This document shows, piece by piece, positions 47,955 to 58,918 of a DNA stretch of 64,000 bases. Origin of the DNA: a virus (taxonomy: Duplodnaviria; Caudoviricetes); IMG/VR virus record IMGVR_UViG_3300028805_000067, positions 71,256 through 135,255 of that record; one strand, 5' to 3'. Each line of letters opens with the position of its first letter. Position 1 is the first letter of the stretch. The position numbers were made by a program, and so were the translations under genes. Under the pieces are notes generated by a model. It ran no database searches. It was not told the DNA's origin and was given only the letters and a program-made list of their open reading frames with translations.

Positions 47955-49208
47955 CGGTTTTATCTTATATTTCTATAAGTCCTGACTATATCTTACTCAT
48001 TACAATAATGAGAACACTATTTCGAGTTGCGTATCAATAGTAACTCTACTCTCCTTCCGGGAGATAGTCGATTGGCATTTATGTTAAATTATTCTTTCCA
48101 AGTTTTATTATTTATAATATTTCTAATTGAAGTAGCACTTATTTGAGGGTAAAGTTTATAAAGCTCACTATTAGAAATTTTTTCTTCTTTGCTTAATCTT
48201 CTTATTTCTCTTACATCATCCCAAGTTAATTTTGCTCGACCATTTAATGGACCTTGTTTACTTAAACTTGAATGATAATGTTTTAATTCTGGAGTAAATA
48301 CTTCTGGCATTACTAGTTTATATTTATTACCTACATATATATTCCAAAAACTCCACTCATCTTTAAAAATATCTTTATATTTTTCATAAGCATCTCTCCA
48401 ATATACTTTATTTTTATATTGATTTCTTAATTCAACAACTTCATTATAAGTTAATTTATTATTAGAAGTAAATTGATTAGAAAATTCTAAATTAAAAGGA
48501 TAAATTCCAACATGAGGTTTTATATTTAAATATGTTTTATCTAAATAAATTTGTTTAAAAGCATCATAACTAATTTTTTCAGAAAATTTTTCATATAAAA
48601 CATATTCAGGAATATTTCTATGGTCTTTAATATATTGAGCTTCTTCATTTGTTAATTTAGAATTACTATTTTCTTCTCCAAATTTTTGAATTCCTGTAGC
48701 ACCATTAAAACCACCTTTTGCTACATTATATCCATTTGGAACCAATGTATTTTTTTCTTTAATTAACTCTATTTCTTTTAAAGAGGCTTGTTCTAAACTT
48801 AATCCTTCAAACAATAATTCAAATTTAAAATTTTCCACTCCATATTTTTTTATTGCTTTACAAATTACCATATTTGGACTATTACAATTTCTATGATTAC
48901 TCCATCTTTTTTTGTAATCATTTGTAATTCCAATGTACTGTTTTCCATTTTTTAAATTTGTTATCTGATATACATACATATATTTGCTCTCCTTATTTAT
49001 TTTTTATTAATCATATTTTTTTACCCTCATAAATAAATAAGAATTACAAAAGAATAATTTAACAATTTAGCCCAGGATTACCTTCAACTTTACTTGCTAA
49101 GGCTCCCCTGGCAGCTGCATAGGTATTTTTTACTTACTCTATTTAATATAGATGCCTATGCAACCCCGCTGATAAACGGTTAAGTGTTTACAGGCTAGAC
49201 ATTCGTTA
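47955..49208 (-). mobile_element. group I intron in dnaE
   Basis: P1 GCAGGT/GCCTGT with U-G, R CGACTATC, S AAGATATAGTC, terminal G; restores EAAG|MTKYDFL. Confidence 0.92.
48089..48979 (-). CDS. intron-encoded GIY-YIG homing endonuclease
   Basis: YVYQITN..KQYIGIT..R..H..E..GYN; repeated N-x-KLT helical DNA-binding modules. Confidence 0.88.
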   Translation of the reverse strand: MYVYQITNLKNGKQYIGITNDYKKRWSNHRNCNSPNMVICKAIKKYGVENFKFELLFEGLSLEQASLKEIELIKEKNTLVPNGYNVAKGGFNGATGIQKFGEENSNSKLTNEEAQYIKDHRNIPEYVLYEKFSEKISYDAFKQIYLDKTYLNIKPHVGIYPFNLEFSNQFTSNNKLTYNEVVELRNQYKNKVYWRDAYEKYKDIFKDEWSFWNIYVGNKYKLVMPEVFTPELKHYHSSLSKQGPLNGRAKLTWDDVREIRRLSKEEKISNSELYKLYPQISATSIRNIINNKTWKE

Positions 49209-51086
49209 ACCTGCTGCTTCTGCATCATGCAACTCATATTGAGTTATTACATCACCACGCGGCGTTCGCATAAAGCAAGCATACTCATAAGGATCTTCAT
49301 CAAAAAAGATTACACCAGAAGCATGTGAACCTCTACTTACTATCAATCCAGAAATACCTAACATAATATCTAATAAACCGGGATATTTTGCAACTTCTGC
49401 TAAAAATGTTGTATTTGGCTTTCTATCTTTTTCTTCATTTCCATATACTAAATCATTGATGCTGTATACAAAACCTCTTTCTTGTGGTACAAGAGAGCTA
49501 ATATATTGTGCAGTATCAATATCTATTCCTTTAGGGAACTGCTCAGACCGATACCCGCTACATGCAATCTGAATTGCCCTTTTAGTAGAAGCTGTACCAA
49601 AAGTAGCAACTAAAGTAGCACCAAAGTATTTTCTTGCTATTGGACTTATATCTTCTTTAAAATGCTTTGCTCTATCTTTACTGATTTCATTAATTACTTT
49701 TGGCCTCTGGCTTGGTGAAATGTCAATATCTATATCTCCAAGTTCTTCTCTAGCTTTATTGAGATATCTCCAGAAAGGCAATCCCCATTCCAGCGGGTCT
49801 AATTGAGTTACACCCAACAAATAATGATTCAATCCAGAACATGAACTACCTCTTCCAGCACCAACAAGTGAACCAGCTTCCCATATTTTATCTATATAAT
49901 GCGAAAGTGTAATAGGATAACTAAACATATTAGTTTCCAATTTGTCACCTATTGTCTTTTTTATATCCGCCTCTTCTTCAAGTCGGTCTATATACTTTGT
50001 TTCATATTTATTAATTTCTTTTAGTTTATCTACACATTTATTTACCCAATATCTATCATAATTATTATCTGATTCATATAAAGACGATAAAGTTGGATAC
50101 TTATCTTTAATTTCTGGCGGCGGACACTGCTTTTGTATCTGCGGAATATCTACTGTAGGGATATGTTGCTTATGTCTTAAATCATAAACTTGTATCTTTT
50201 CCCATACTTCTTTTGAGTTCTCAAAAGCTTCATCAACTATTTGCTCTGCCTCATCACCGAACGCCGCCTTCATATGCTTTAATATATCTTCATTATCTTG
50301 CAAATAAGCATACTCATAAAAAGCATCTACTTCTCTATCACCATTTTTTGAGTTAAGAAAGTTTTTATGAATTGCTCTATCTTCTTTTGTTAAATAATGG
50401 CTATCACAATTTATTAAAAACTTTATATTTAATGCTTCTGCTATTGAGTATAATTTTTTATTTACTTCTATTTGCTCTTCAGACGCGCTCGGTGGTAGTT
50501 CAATATAAAAATCATCGCCAAATAATTCTTTACAATTATTTAAAAAATTAATGATGTTTTTGTAAGTTTCATTAGCTTTTACACTATCACCAATTGCTCT
50601 ATATGTATTCAATTGTATTACCGATTGAGATAACTCTCCACCAATACAAGCAGTGGTTGCAATTAAATGCCCTGGATTCTTTTTAATGACATTCGCTAAT
50701 TCAGATTTTAAAGTAGGCACTCTTTCCATTTTACCGACTTTAAAACTTTGCATCCAAGACTCAGAAGATAATATTCTTAATTGCTTATGTCCTATTGCAT
50801 CTTTAGCTACAAGAATAAAATGATAAAATTTTTGTTTACTATCACGGGTATCTGTAAGATAGATTTCATTTCCTATTGCTATTTTAAAATCAGGATATTT
50901 ATCTTGAATTCTACATACCTCCATAGATGCAGATAAGCATTCGTGATCGGTAATACCTATTCCTTTCATATTTAAATTAATAGCTCGCTTTACTAAGCCT
51001 TCTACAGTATTAATACTGTCAATTAGGCGGATGTTTGAATAAGTAGTATGCGCGTGTAAATCTATATATCTTATATTCTGCAACAT
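49209..51086 (-). CDS. dnaE: DNA polymerase III alpha subunit, exon 1 (PHP + palm)
   Basis: LHAHT, ITDH, DSHY PHP motifs; GAGRGS, DIDID, HASG. Confidence 0.92.
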
Positions 51087-51131
51087 ATCTCAAACATTTC
51101 CTTTCATTTTTATAATTATATTATATCATAA

Positions 51132-51800
51132 TTATTTTAATTTTTCAAATTTTTGCAATCTTGTTAATGCTTTATCATAATATTCTTTATTTAATTCGCA
51201 CCCTAAGTATCTTCTATTATTTTGTGCTGCAACTAATAATGTGGAACCGCTGCCAGCACAAGGGTCAAATATTAAGTCACCTTCATTAGAATTGTCTAAT
51301 ATTAATTCTTTAATTAGTCCATGATGCTTTTCAGTTGGATGGATGCGATTAGTGCCACCCCAGATAGGATATCTAAATACTGTATTTTTACAATGTGCAT
51401 TAAAAGTACCTTTACTCTTTCTAAACCAAATAGCATTTTCAATACCACTTAAATATACATATTGTCCATTGGATGGTACAGGATTAGTTTTTTCCCATAT
51501 TAGCTGTCTACAAGTTCCTTGTTTAGCCTGTTGTTTGGCGCCAAAAAAAATGCTAATCTCTGATATTTGCTCTCTAGAACACCAAATGATAATACTAGAT
51601 TTAGCAATACGATAGCACTCTTTTAAAAATATATCTAGCGGGAAGGTAACGATATCTGCCTCCCCGCGGTCTAAAATAAATAAGCCATTTGATTCTCTTG
51701 AAATAACACCATAAGGTATATCAGTATGTATTAAATCAACTGAATTAGATGGCATAGTTTTCATATATTCTATACAATCAGTATTTATAAATTCATTCAT
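51132..51800 (-). CDS. N4-C/N6-A DNA methyltransferase (beta class)
   Basis: DIPY motif IV N-terminal, HPTEK, FDPCAGSGS motif I C-terminal. Confidence 0.88.
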   Translation of the reverse strand: MNEFINTDCIEYMKTMPSNSVDLIHTDIPYGVISRESNGLFILDRGEADIVTFPLDIFLKECYRIAKSSIIIWCSREQISEISIFFGAKQQAKQGTCRQLIWEKTNPVPSNGQYVYLSGIENAIWFRKSKGTFNAHCKNTVFRYPIWGGTNRIHPTEKHHGLIKELILDNSNEGDLIFDPCAGSGSTLLVAAQNNRRYLGCELNKEYYDKALTRLQKFEKLK

Positions 51801-52438
51801 GCTTTTCCTTCTTTATGTATCCAATGCATTATAGTCTGAGTATATGGTTTGGTAAAGTCCCAATAGAACCAAGCATATGCTTGCACACCCGCTTGTGGAA
51901 TATTAAAATCTCCATTTTTAAAACAATTAATTCTCTCTACATAAGCATATATATCTGTTGGCGGGCATTCGCTAAATATTTTATTGAATCTAGATTGTCC
52001 TTCTATAAACTGTAGTCTACCAAACATTAGCACGCCTTTTTTGGCAAGACCTAGAGATTTCATACAAAAACCTTCTATAACACTAAATGGCGGATTCATA
52101 ATAACATAATCAATATCTTGTGTAAGAGGATATTCATCTGATAAGAAATCAAATTCTTTACCTGACATAATAAGTAAATTATCATCATGCGCTCTCTCTT
52201 GAATATCTGATGCAACTATTTTGGCTTCTGGTTCGTAAGCTAAGATACCTTGCATCATATGGCCTCCGCCAGCTGCAGGTTCAAGGATTACTTGTTTTTT
52301 TAAATTTAACTGTAATATATTCAAAATATTGGTAACTTCTTTTGGCGGAGTGGCATAATAATCTAATGCTTCTCTTTCTTTATTGTTTTTATCATATCCG
52401 CTATATAAACCTTTTTTGCCATATGAACTTCTATTCAT
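51797..52438 (-). CDS. N6-adenine DNA methyltransferase
   Basis: DYYATP, LEPAAGGG, IMNPPF, YAWFYW. Confidence 0.85.
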   Translation of the reverse strand: MNRSSYGKKGLYSGYDKNNKEREALDYYATPPKEVTNILNILQLNLKKQVILEPAAGGGHMMQGILAYEPEAKIVASDIQERAHDDNLLIMSGKEFDFLSDEYPLTQDIDYVIMNPPFSVIEGFCMKSLGLAKKGVLMFGRLQFIEGQSRFNKIFSECPPTDIYAYVERINCFKNGDFNIPQAGVQAYAWFYWDFTKPYTQTIMHWIHKEGKA

Positions 52439-52985
52439 TTGACTTCCTCACATTAATTAAACAAGATTTAGCAACAGTAAGCGCTGCTTGATGTGCTTCT
52501 TTGCTAGTGCCTACACATAAATCCTCTAAAATAGTAATTTGAGTTTTTGGACATATTTTTCTTAACAATAGTGCATTACTAATTACACATATGTCAGTAC
52601 AATAACCAATAATTTCAATTTCATCTGGTATATTAGCAATATTATTTTCTGTAATTAATCTTTCTATTTCAGCTGCATCGTACAAGTCCATCATAAAAGC
52701 ATGTTTTAGAATAATACTTTCACAAGCAGCGACTGGTACCATAATAGCGCTGCCATTAGTATTTTCAATGCAATGTTTAGGTATCTGTTGCATTTCTATT
52801 GTATTATCAGTAACCGTATGATAATCTTGTGTAAACATAACTAATTTACTTAGTTGTGTTGAACTTCTAAAATCTTCTACATATTTTTGGATTGCGAGCA
52901 GTGTCTTTTGAGCCGCTTCAGAACCAAGTGTGCCGTCAATAAAATCTTTTTGGACATCTACTACTAACAAAATTTTCATTATCAA
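52431..52985 (-). CDS. pncA: isochorismatase/nicotinamidase-family hydrolase
   Basis: LLVVDVQKDF..G.L, QDYH, HC, K, GYCTDICV. Confidence 0.8.
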   Translation of the reverse strand: MIMKILLVVDVQKDFIDGTLGSEAAQKTLLAIQKYVEDFRSSTQLSKLVMFTQDYHTVTDNTIEMQQIPKHCIENTNGSAIMVPVAACESIILKHAFMMDLYDAAEIERLITENNIANIPDEIEIIGYCTDICVISNALLLRKICPKTQITILEDLCVGTSKEAHQAALTVAKSCLINVRKSNE

Positions 52986-53245
52986 TTCTCCTTTATTCCA
53001 ATTATTTCTCGTAATCTGTCTCTACAACTATAACATATAACTCGTGGTGCATCTATTATGCGCCCGCATATCTCACATTCATATACAACTTTAGGTTGTG
53101 GGAAATTGGGTATTGTTGGCAGTGGTTCTTGACTATTCGTACCAGGACAGGCATACACTGCTACCACCCAATCTTGTAAAGGATTATAATTGTCTATATT
53201 TGTTGTTTTCCAATTTTGAAAATTATCTATATTTGTTTTCTTCAT
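52982..53245 (-). CDS. small Zn-finger protein
   Basis: CEIC..CYSC. Confidence 0.55.
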   Translation of the reverse strand: MKKTNIDNFQNWKTTNIDNYNPLQDWVVAVYACPGTNSQEPLPTIPNFPQPKVVYECEICGRIIDAPRVICYSCRDRLREIIGIKEN

Positions 53246-53252
53246 AACAATG

Positions 53253-54440
53253 CTACCTCAATATAACTAAATTTTTACTAGATCTTGTCGCAGCGGTATA
53301 TAGAGCTCTTCTATGCTGCTCTGGGTCAAAGGGAAAAGATTCTTCAAGAACTAATACTTTATCCCATTCACTACCTTGAGCCTTCCATGCTGTAATTGCA
53401 TAACCATAGGTAAATTCAAGTGGTTTGCGAGGTTCAAGTATTTTACTATGTTTAATTTTATATAATATCTTCCCATCTATATCATAATTACCTGTAATAA
53501 TATTTGCTTTATCCATAATCAATTCGTGATAGGTTTCTCCATTATCATTAATAAAGTTACCGCAAATAAAAGGTATTTGTGACTGTTGATCATTAGTTAG
53601 CATATAATCTGGAATAGTAAAAATGCCTTCATAAAAATCTTGTAATGTACCTATCATACCATTAATTAAAGGTGCATTACCAGTAGTATCAAATCTTTCC
53701 CATTCATTGTGTAAACAAATTAATTTATCCCCTTTTTCAATTGGTTCGGTGAAACCTTTATGCTTACGAATATACTTATTCATTTCATTTCGTTTAGCAT
53801 TAGTGAAAGTAATTACGATGTCTGCCCATTCTAACATTCCAAAAGATAATTCTGACATTTTACCTACATACGCATCATTTCCATATTTACCAAAAGATAA
53901 TTGAGTTCCTGTGCGGATGGCGGTTGCTACATCTATAATGCCGCTGTCAGTCCCCTGCCGCATGATTTCTGTTAATTTAGCATGCGGGTTCTCTAATAGC
54001 CCATTATCTTCACTTTTTACGGGCGGTAACTGCGCATCATCACCTAAATAAATAGTATATACATTATAGAAACCCATTAACATTTCTACCATGTTTTTTG
54101 GTACCATAGAACATTCATCTACAATAACAATAGAATAAGGTATTTCTTTTACAGGTGTATGTATAAAAGTACCATTAGGTAATTGATGAGTATTATAAAG
54201 TAGCTTATGTAAAGTCATTACATTATCATTACCCTTTTTCCGAAGGACATCCGCCGCCTTACCAGTATATGTTGCATATACAACTTTATCTGGATCTACA
54301 TGCATGGCGGCAATAGCAAATTTAACTAGACTTGATTTACCAGTACCAGCATATCCCGCAATTGTTGTATATTTTTGATGCTCTTGCCATCTCTTTAATA
54401 TAATATTTAATGCTTCTTCTTGCTTTTTATTAAGTTCCAT
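53253..54440 (-). CDS. Dda/RecD-like SF1B helicase
   Basis: GYAGTGKS, DECSM, GDDAQLPPV, YAIT.KAQGSEW, YTAATR. Confidence 0.9.
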   Translation of the reverse strand: MELNKKQEEALNIILKRWQEHQKYTTIAGYAGTGKSSLVKFAIAAMHVDPDKVVYATYTGKAADVLRKKGNDNVMTLHKLLYNTHQLPNGTFIHTPVKEIPYSIVIVDECSMVPKNMVEMLMGFYNVYTIYLGDDAQLPPVKSEDNGLLENPHAKLTEIMRQGTDSGIIDVATAIRTGTQLSFGKYGNDAYVGKMSELSFGMLEWADIVITFTNAKRNEMNKYIRKHKGFTEPIEKGDKLICLHNEWERFDTTGNAPLINGMIGTLQDFYEGIFTIPDYMLTNDQQSQIPFICGNFINDNGETYHELIMDKANIITGNYDIDGKILYKIKHSKILEPRKPLEFTYGYAITAWKAQGSEWDKVLVLEESFPFDPEQHRRALYTAATRSSKNLVILR

Positions 54441-54587
54441 TATAAAATCTCCACTTTTTTATTCTTTGTAATTATATTATAACATAATTTTTAAAAATTT
54501 GCAATATAAAAAACCGCAATAGAAAATTCTAAAAGTGATTTTAGTTTCATCTATTGCGGCATTCACCCTTCTGTTCAGTCCAAGCAA

Positions 54588-56384
54588 CTAGAATAAATTC
54601 CACACATTTGGCGATACAACCTCATAATCAATTAATTGCAATTGAGGATACTGATTACCTTGCCATTCATTAATACAACATTTACATACTACATTCCATG
54701 TATTAAACTTTAATTCTGGTCCAGTAAGCGATTCAATCATTTCATCTGATGCCCCAAAAACAACTATTGATACTTGTGAATTAGGGATATCTATTTTTAT
54801 TGTATTATTTTTCATTATTCTTACATTATCTGATGTAACATTTAATTTTTCAATAGCAATATAAGGTCGTTCAAAATCTTGTCCAATAAAGTTATTCATT
54901 TTACCTATATCAAGAATAATATTTTCATCTATATTATTAAGATTAAATATATAGTCTACATAGTATATAGTATCATTAATACCTTTAGGCATATTTTCTT
55001 CTAGTGTCTGCACAAAATCATTTATATCTTGTACCGGTACACTTAAACCAAAAGCATTTGCATGACCCATTGTATATTCAGTAAGACCTGTTGCAGCACA
55101 TATATCTTTAAAACTCTCTAAGCCAGTTTTAGTATATCCTCTAGCTGAACCTTTATAGCTATCCCCCACTCTTGTTAAAATAAATACTGGTCGCTGATAT
55201 TTTGCCATCATCTTATTTGCTGCTAATCCAGCGACGCCAGATTCAATTTGACCGGGCTCTAGTATAAATGGTAAGAAGCTAAGTTTTAATAACTCTGGGT
55301 TATTTTTTAGTTCTTGTTCAAGCAGTTCCATTCCGGCAGTTTCCGCCTTAGTTTGCCTATTTTTAACATTAGTACAAGTTCTTAATGCTTGTTCTACTAT
55401 TGTTTCTGTGTCACCTGGTTTATGACCTCTTTTAGTAGAGTCAACAACTTCATATGCGTATTCATTAAGCATCGCAGCAAATACTAATTGTTTTTCTTCT
55501 AAAGTACCACTACGACAAATGGCATTAATAAATGGAACAATAAAAAAACTTGCCCCCATTGGAGTAATCGCCATTTCAGTTGACTGATAATCACTTTTTG
55601 ATAAACTATATGATTGTTTAGTTGCCATTTCTTTTATAAAGGGATTGAATAAAGCATAAATATCTTTAAATCCTTTGGTGATTAAACTGCGGGTTTCTAA
55701 ACTTTGAAGTGACATCATATCACCACATAGTCCAAGTGCAACTAAATCTAAAAATAAATCCGCTACTTCATCTGAAATAATACTGCATACTTGATATACT
55801 ACTCCAACCCCACTTAAATCTTTATTTTCATAAATGCCTATTTGATTATTGCAAATAACTATTGAATCATTAAAAGTTATATCAGGGTTTTCAACTTCAT
55901 GGTGGTCCATGACAATACAAGATATATTTAATGTTTCAAGCTGTTTTAATTGTTCTATATCATTACTGCCCGCATCTGGAACTATAACTGCGGCAATAGT
56001 ATCAGCATGAGTTACAATATTGTCAATATGGTCAGATAAACCATGTTGTTTTCCTTCGTGAAATAAAAATTTAATTCTATATTTTACCCAAGAGCCATAA
56101 TATGTTGTACAGAAATTCATAAAAAATGCTGCTGATGTAAAGCCATCACAGTCACTATCCACAATGCAGACTAGATACTTTATATTATCATGTCTTAATA
56201 CATCTATAGCTTTTTCAATGGCGGCGGCGGCCTTTTCAGCGCCATGCAAATATATATAATCTTGCGGCGGCACTTCACCGTTAACTGCCTTTAGATATTG
56301 TTTAAAATCTTTAATACCCCTATTATACAATATCTGTTCTATTGTACTATTTTGTTTTTCTTGTGTTAAATTTTTTATTATCAT
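54588..56384 (-). CDS. recJ: RecJ-like ssDNA exonuclease (DHH family)
   Basis: DSDCDG, HG, DHH, GSARG, GHANAFG. Confidence 0.88.
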   Translation of the reverse strand: MIIKNLTQEKQNSTIEQILYNRGIKDFKQYLKAVNGEVPPQDYIYLHGAEKAAAAIEKAIDVLRHDNIKYLVCIVDSDCDGFTSAAFFMNFCTTYYGSWVKYRIKFLFHEGKQHGLSDHIDNIVTHADTIAAVIVPDAGSNDIEQLKQLETLNISCIVMDHHEVENPDITFNDSIVICNNQIGIYENKDLSGVGVVYQVCSIISDEVADLFLDLVALGLCGDMMSLQSLETRSLITKGFKDIYALFNPFIKEMATKQSYSLSKSDYQSTEMAITPMGASFFIVPFINAICRSGTLEEKQLVFAAMLNEYAYEVVDSTKRGHKPGDTETIVEQALRTCTNVKNRQTKAETAGMELLEQELKNNPELLKLSFLPFILEPGQIESGVAGLAANKMMAKYQRPVFILTRVGDSYKGSARGYTKTGLESFKDICAATGLTEYTMGHANAFGLSVPVQDINDFVQTLEENMPKGINDTIYYVDYIFNLNNIDENIILDIGKMNNFIGQDFERPYIAIEKLNVTSDNVRIMKNNTIKIDIPNSQVSIVVFGASDEMIESLTGPELKFNTWNVVCKCCINEWQGNQYPQLQLIDYEVVSPNVWNLF

Positions 56385-57481
56385 TTTCCATTACCATCCA
56401 ATCTATTATTATATAGTTCTATAAATATATCTTTTCCTCTATCAGTAGGACTATCTTTATAATTTAATAAATTTTGTGTATCAAAAATAAAACTAATATT
56501 AACATAATTGCCATATTTTTTATTTATCATTTGTAATTTTTTAACCCAGTTTTGATATTCAGCATCGCCAATAGTTTGATACTGCCTATCAAAACCAATA
56601 ATTATATCTTTAACGCCAAGTCTATTAAGTATGGCAAATTGATTCCAAGACAAATTGCTACCGCACACAGCCACGCTGATGTCATTATTCGTTCCAAACA
56701 TTGTAGCATATTGTAATGTAGACTTCTCTGATTCAAAGACCAATACTCTTTTAGTTCTTTGTATTGAGTCCAAAGAAAAACATAAATTATAGCAATTGCC
56801 TCCAAGAGGATGGTTATATTGTTTACCATCAAGTATAGCAGGTCTATATTTTCCATATTTCTCCGCGTTCTCCTTTACTAAAGTTCTTTCTCGTATTCCA
56901 ATTAAATTACCATACATATCATAATGTGGAATAACTATACCATGATATACTGGATCGTAACAAATTCCTCTTTGTTCCATAATATCTCTTGATATGCCAT
57001 CTTCTATCCACGGTTGAATAATTGGATGTGGTAAATATTTTAAAATATTTTTATCGTAGATTGGAGGTTCTATTATTTTTGGTGGAGTATATATCGCAGT
57101 AGTACTGTATCTTTTTAAAATATCCCAATCTTGTAGTGGTTCCTGCAAATCCCATACTGCGGGTGCTTCTATTTCATCAACAATACCAAAATAAACTGCA
57201 ACTTTAGTAACGCACCACGGTAAAGTATGTTCTACATTATGTTCTCTATTTTTTACCCTTTTGTATAAATCATAAATGTCAAAGCTGTCGCCGCAATCAG
57301 TGTAGCAGTGAAAAAGTTGCGTCTCGGGGTAGTAATATAATTTATGACTCTGGCCACAATGACATATAGTTTTACAAATAAGTACACCATTTTGCTCTTG
57401 TGGCTCTCCGCCTAATTCATTAACCAAATCTGCAACTTGTGCAATTGTTAATTCTCGTTTAATTTTATCTTTATCATACAT
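56381..57481 (-). CDS. DNA primase
   Basis: N-terminal CH..CYTDC Zn domain; TOPRIM FESEKS and GFD. Confidence 0.82.
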   Translation of the reverse strand: MYDKDKIKRELTIAQVADLVNELGGEPQEQNGVLICKTICHCGQSHKLYYYPETQLFHCYTDCGDSFDIYDLYKRVKNREHNVEHTLPWCVTKVAVYFGIVDEIEAPAVWDLQEPLQDWDILKRYSTTAIYTPPKIIEPPIYDKNILKYLPHPIIQPWIEDGISRDIMEQRGICYDPVYHGIVIPHYDMYGNLIGIRERTLVKENAEKYGKYRPAILDGKQYNHPLGGNCYNLCFSLDSIQRTKRVLVFESEKSTLQYATMFGTNNDISVAVCGSNLSWNQFAILNRLGVKDIIIGFDRQYQTIGDAEYQNWVKKLQMINKKYGNYVNISFIFDTQNLLNYKDSPTDRGKDIFIELYNNRLDGNGK

Positions 57482-57484
57482 ATT

Positions 57485-57739
57485 TTAAGTTACCGTTATC
57501 ATTAAATCTTCTAATTCAATTACTTCATAATTATACTTAGTTGCAAACATTGGTTCAACTCTACAAATACCTCTATTACCTCTACACCATAGATAAATAC
57601 CTTTCCAGCGTCCTCTTCTATTTTTATATATTGAGATTTTTATTGTGGGTTCCTCTAATCCTCTATTTTGTATAATAGGGGCAAGTTTTTCTCTATCTTG
57701 TTGAGTTACTTCTAGCATAATCATACCAGTATCTATTTT
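57485..57739 (-). CDS. dnaB: replicative DnaB-like helicase, exon 2
   Basis: KIDTGMIM..IYKNRRG arginine-finger motif. Confidence 0.85.
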   Translation of the reverse strand, partial: KIDTGMIMLEVTQQDREKLAPIIQNRGLEEPTIKISIYKNRRGRWKGIYLWCRGNRGICRVEPMFATKYNYEVIELEDLMITVT

Positions 57740-58918
57740 CCTTAATACTTTTACTTTCATAAAAGAGTAGACTATATCTTCATCATGTACAATATTATTA
57801 TTGTATTTAGATGCCCCACACTTCCATTTTATATAAAAATGTACTCCGCGCTACCGGATAGTCGTTGAACCTTCCTCTGTTCGAGGCTTGGCTGCTGATT
57901 GCCCAATCTATTAAATTTTCAAACTGTCATACTTGATTTTATTTCATATCTATGTTGTAGTTTTAATAGCTCTAAGGGTTTTCCAGCAGTTCATGGGGTA
58001 ATAATCATTTAATATTTCTATTAAAGACGACTGTTTCTAAAATTGTAAAAATTTCATATTTTCTATCTAAATGAATATCAACACTATCGTATAATTGTTT
58101 TAAAATTTGATATGGTTTTTGTATACCTCCACATCTTATATAATAATTATTAGTATTATTATCTCTTCTTTTTTCTAATTTATTTGAAATATTCAATATA
58201 CTATTAATCCATTCTAAAGTTTCTTTTGTTCCTTCTATACTTATTCCAAATTCATTTTGTTTTGTTTGGAATATAGAACCATCACCATCAAAATATCCTA
58301 AAATGTATGGTAATGCAAAATTATTATCAATCTTAGGAGGTTGTAAAGTAAGACTTTTTCTTGGGGTAACTCCTATATTAGATAAATCTTCAGACATTTT
58401 TATACTGTTAATTGTAATTTTACTCATAGGAGTATTATTTGAAAATCCTTGATTTTGTATATGGTCTATTATCTGTAAAGAATCTCCTTTTACAAATTTT
58501 TTAAATTTTTCTAAGTGTTCTCTATCTTTTCGATGAATATTAATTACAATAGATGCGTTAATATCTCGTTGATAATTACAACCATCTGCAGCAATAAAAC
58601 CAAGCCAATATGCTTTTTCTGCTGTATCAATATTTTCAAATATGTTAATATCACATTGATATTTTCTATTAGTATGGTCTAATACTATATTATTTTCTTT
58701 TAAAACTCTTGAAATAACAGTTTTAGATACTCCAAAATATTCTCCTAACTGTCGTGTTGAATAATTTTCTTTTTGATACTTATGTATCATATCCTGTAAT
58801 TGTTCTTGTGAAAATATTACTTTTTTCATCTTATTTATTCTCCTTTTAAAATAGATTTAGGTTTTATTCCTATATCTATTTTAAAAGATTATTAAGATGC
58901 TTTTAACAATTTTGTCCA
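57740..58918 (-). mobile_element. group I intron in dnaB
   Basis: P AACTGCTGGAA, Q AATCAGCAGCC, R GTTCAACGACTATC, S AAGATATAGTC; exon ends in T and intron ends in G; restores GAKSIAD|KID. Confidence 0.92.
58005..58829 (-). CDS. intron-encoded LAGLIDADG homing endonuclease
   Basis: AYWLGFIAADG and YILGYFDGDG motifs, N-terminal HTH. Confidence 0.9.
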   Translation of the reverse strand: MKKVIFSQEQLQDMIHKYQKENYSTRQLGEYFGVSKTVISRVLKENNIVLDHTNRKYQCDINIFENIDTAEKAYWLGFIAADGCNYQRDINASIVINIHRKDREHLEKFKKFVKGDSLQIIDHIQNQGFSNNTPMSKITINSIKMSEDLSNIGVTPRKSLTLQPPKIDNNFALPYILGYFDGDGSIFQTKQNEFGISIEGTKETLEWINSILNISNKLEKRRDNNTNNYYIRCGGIQKPYQILKQLYDSVDIHLDRKYEIFTILETVVFNRNIK

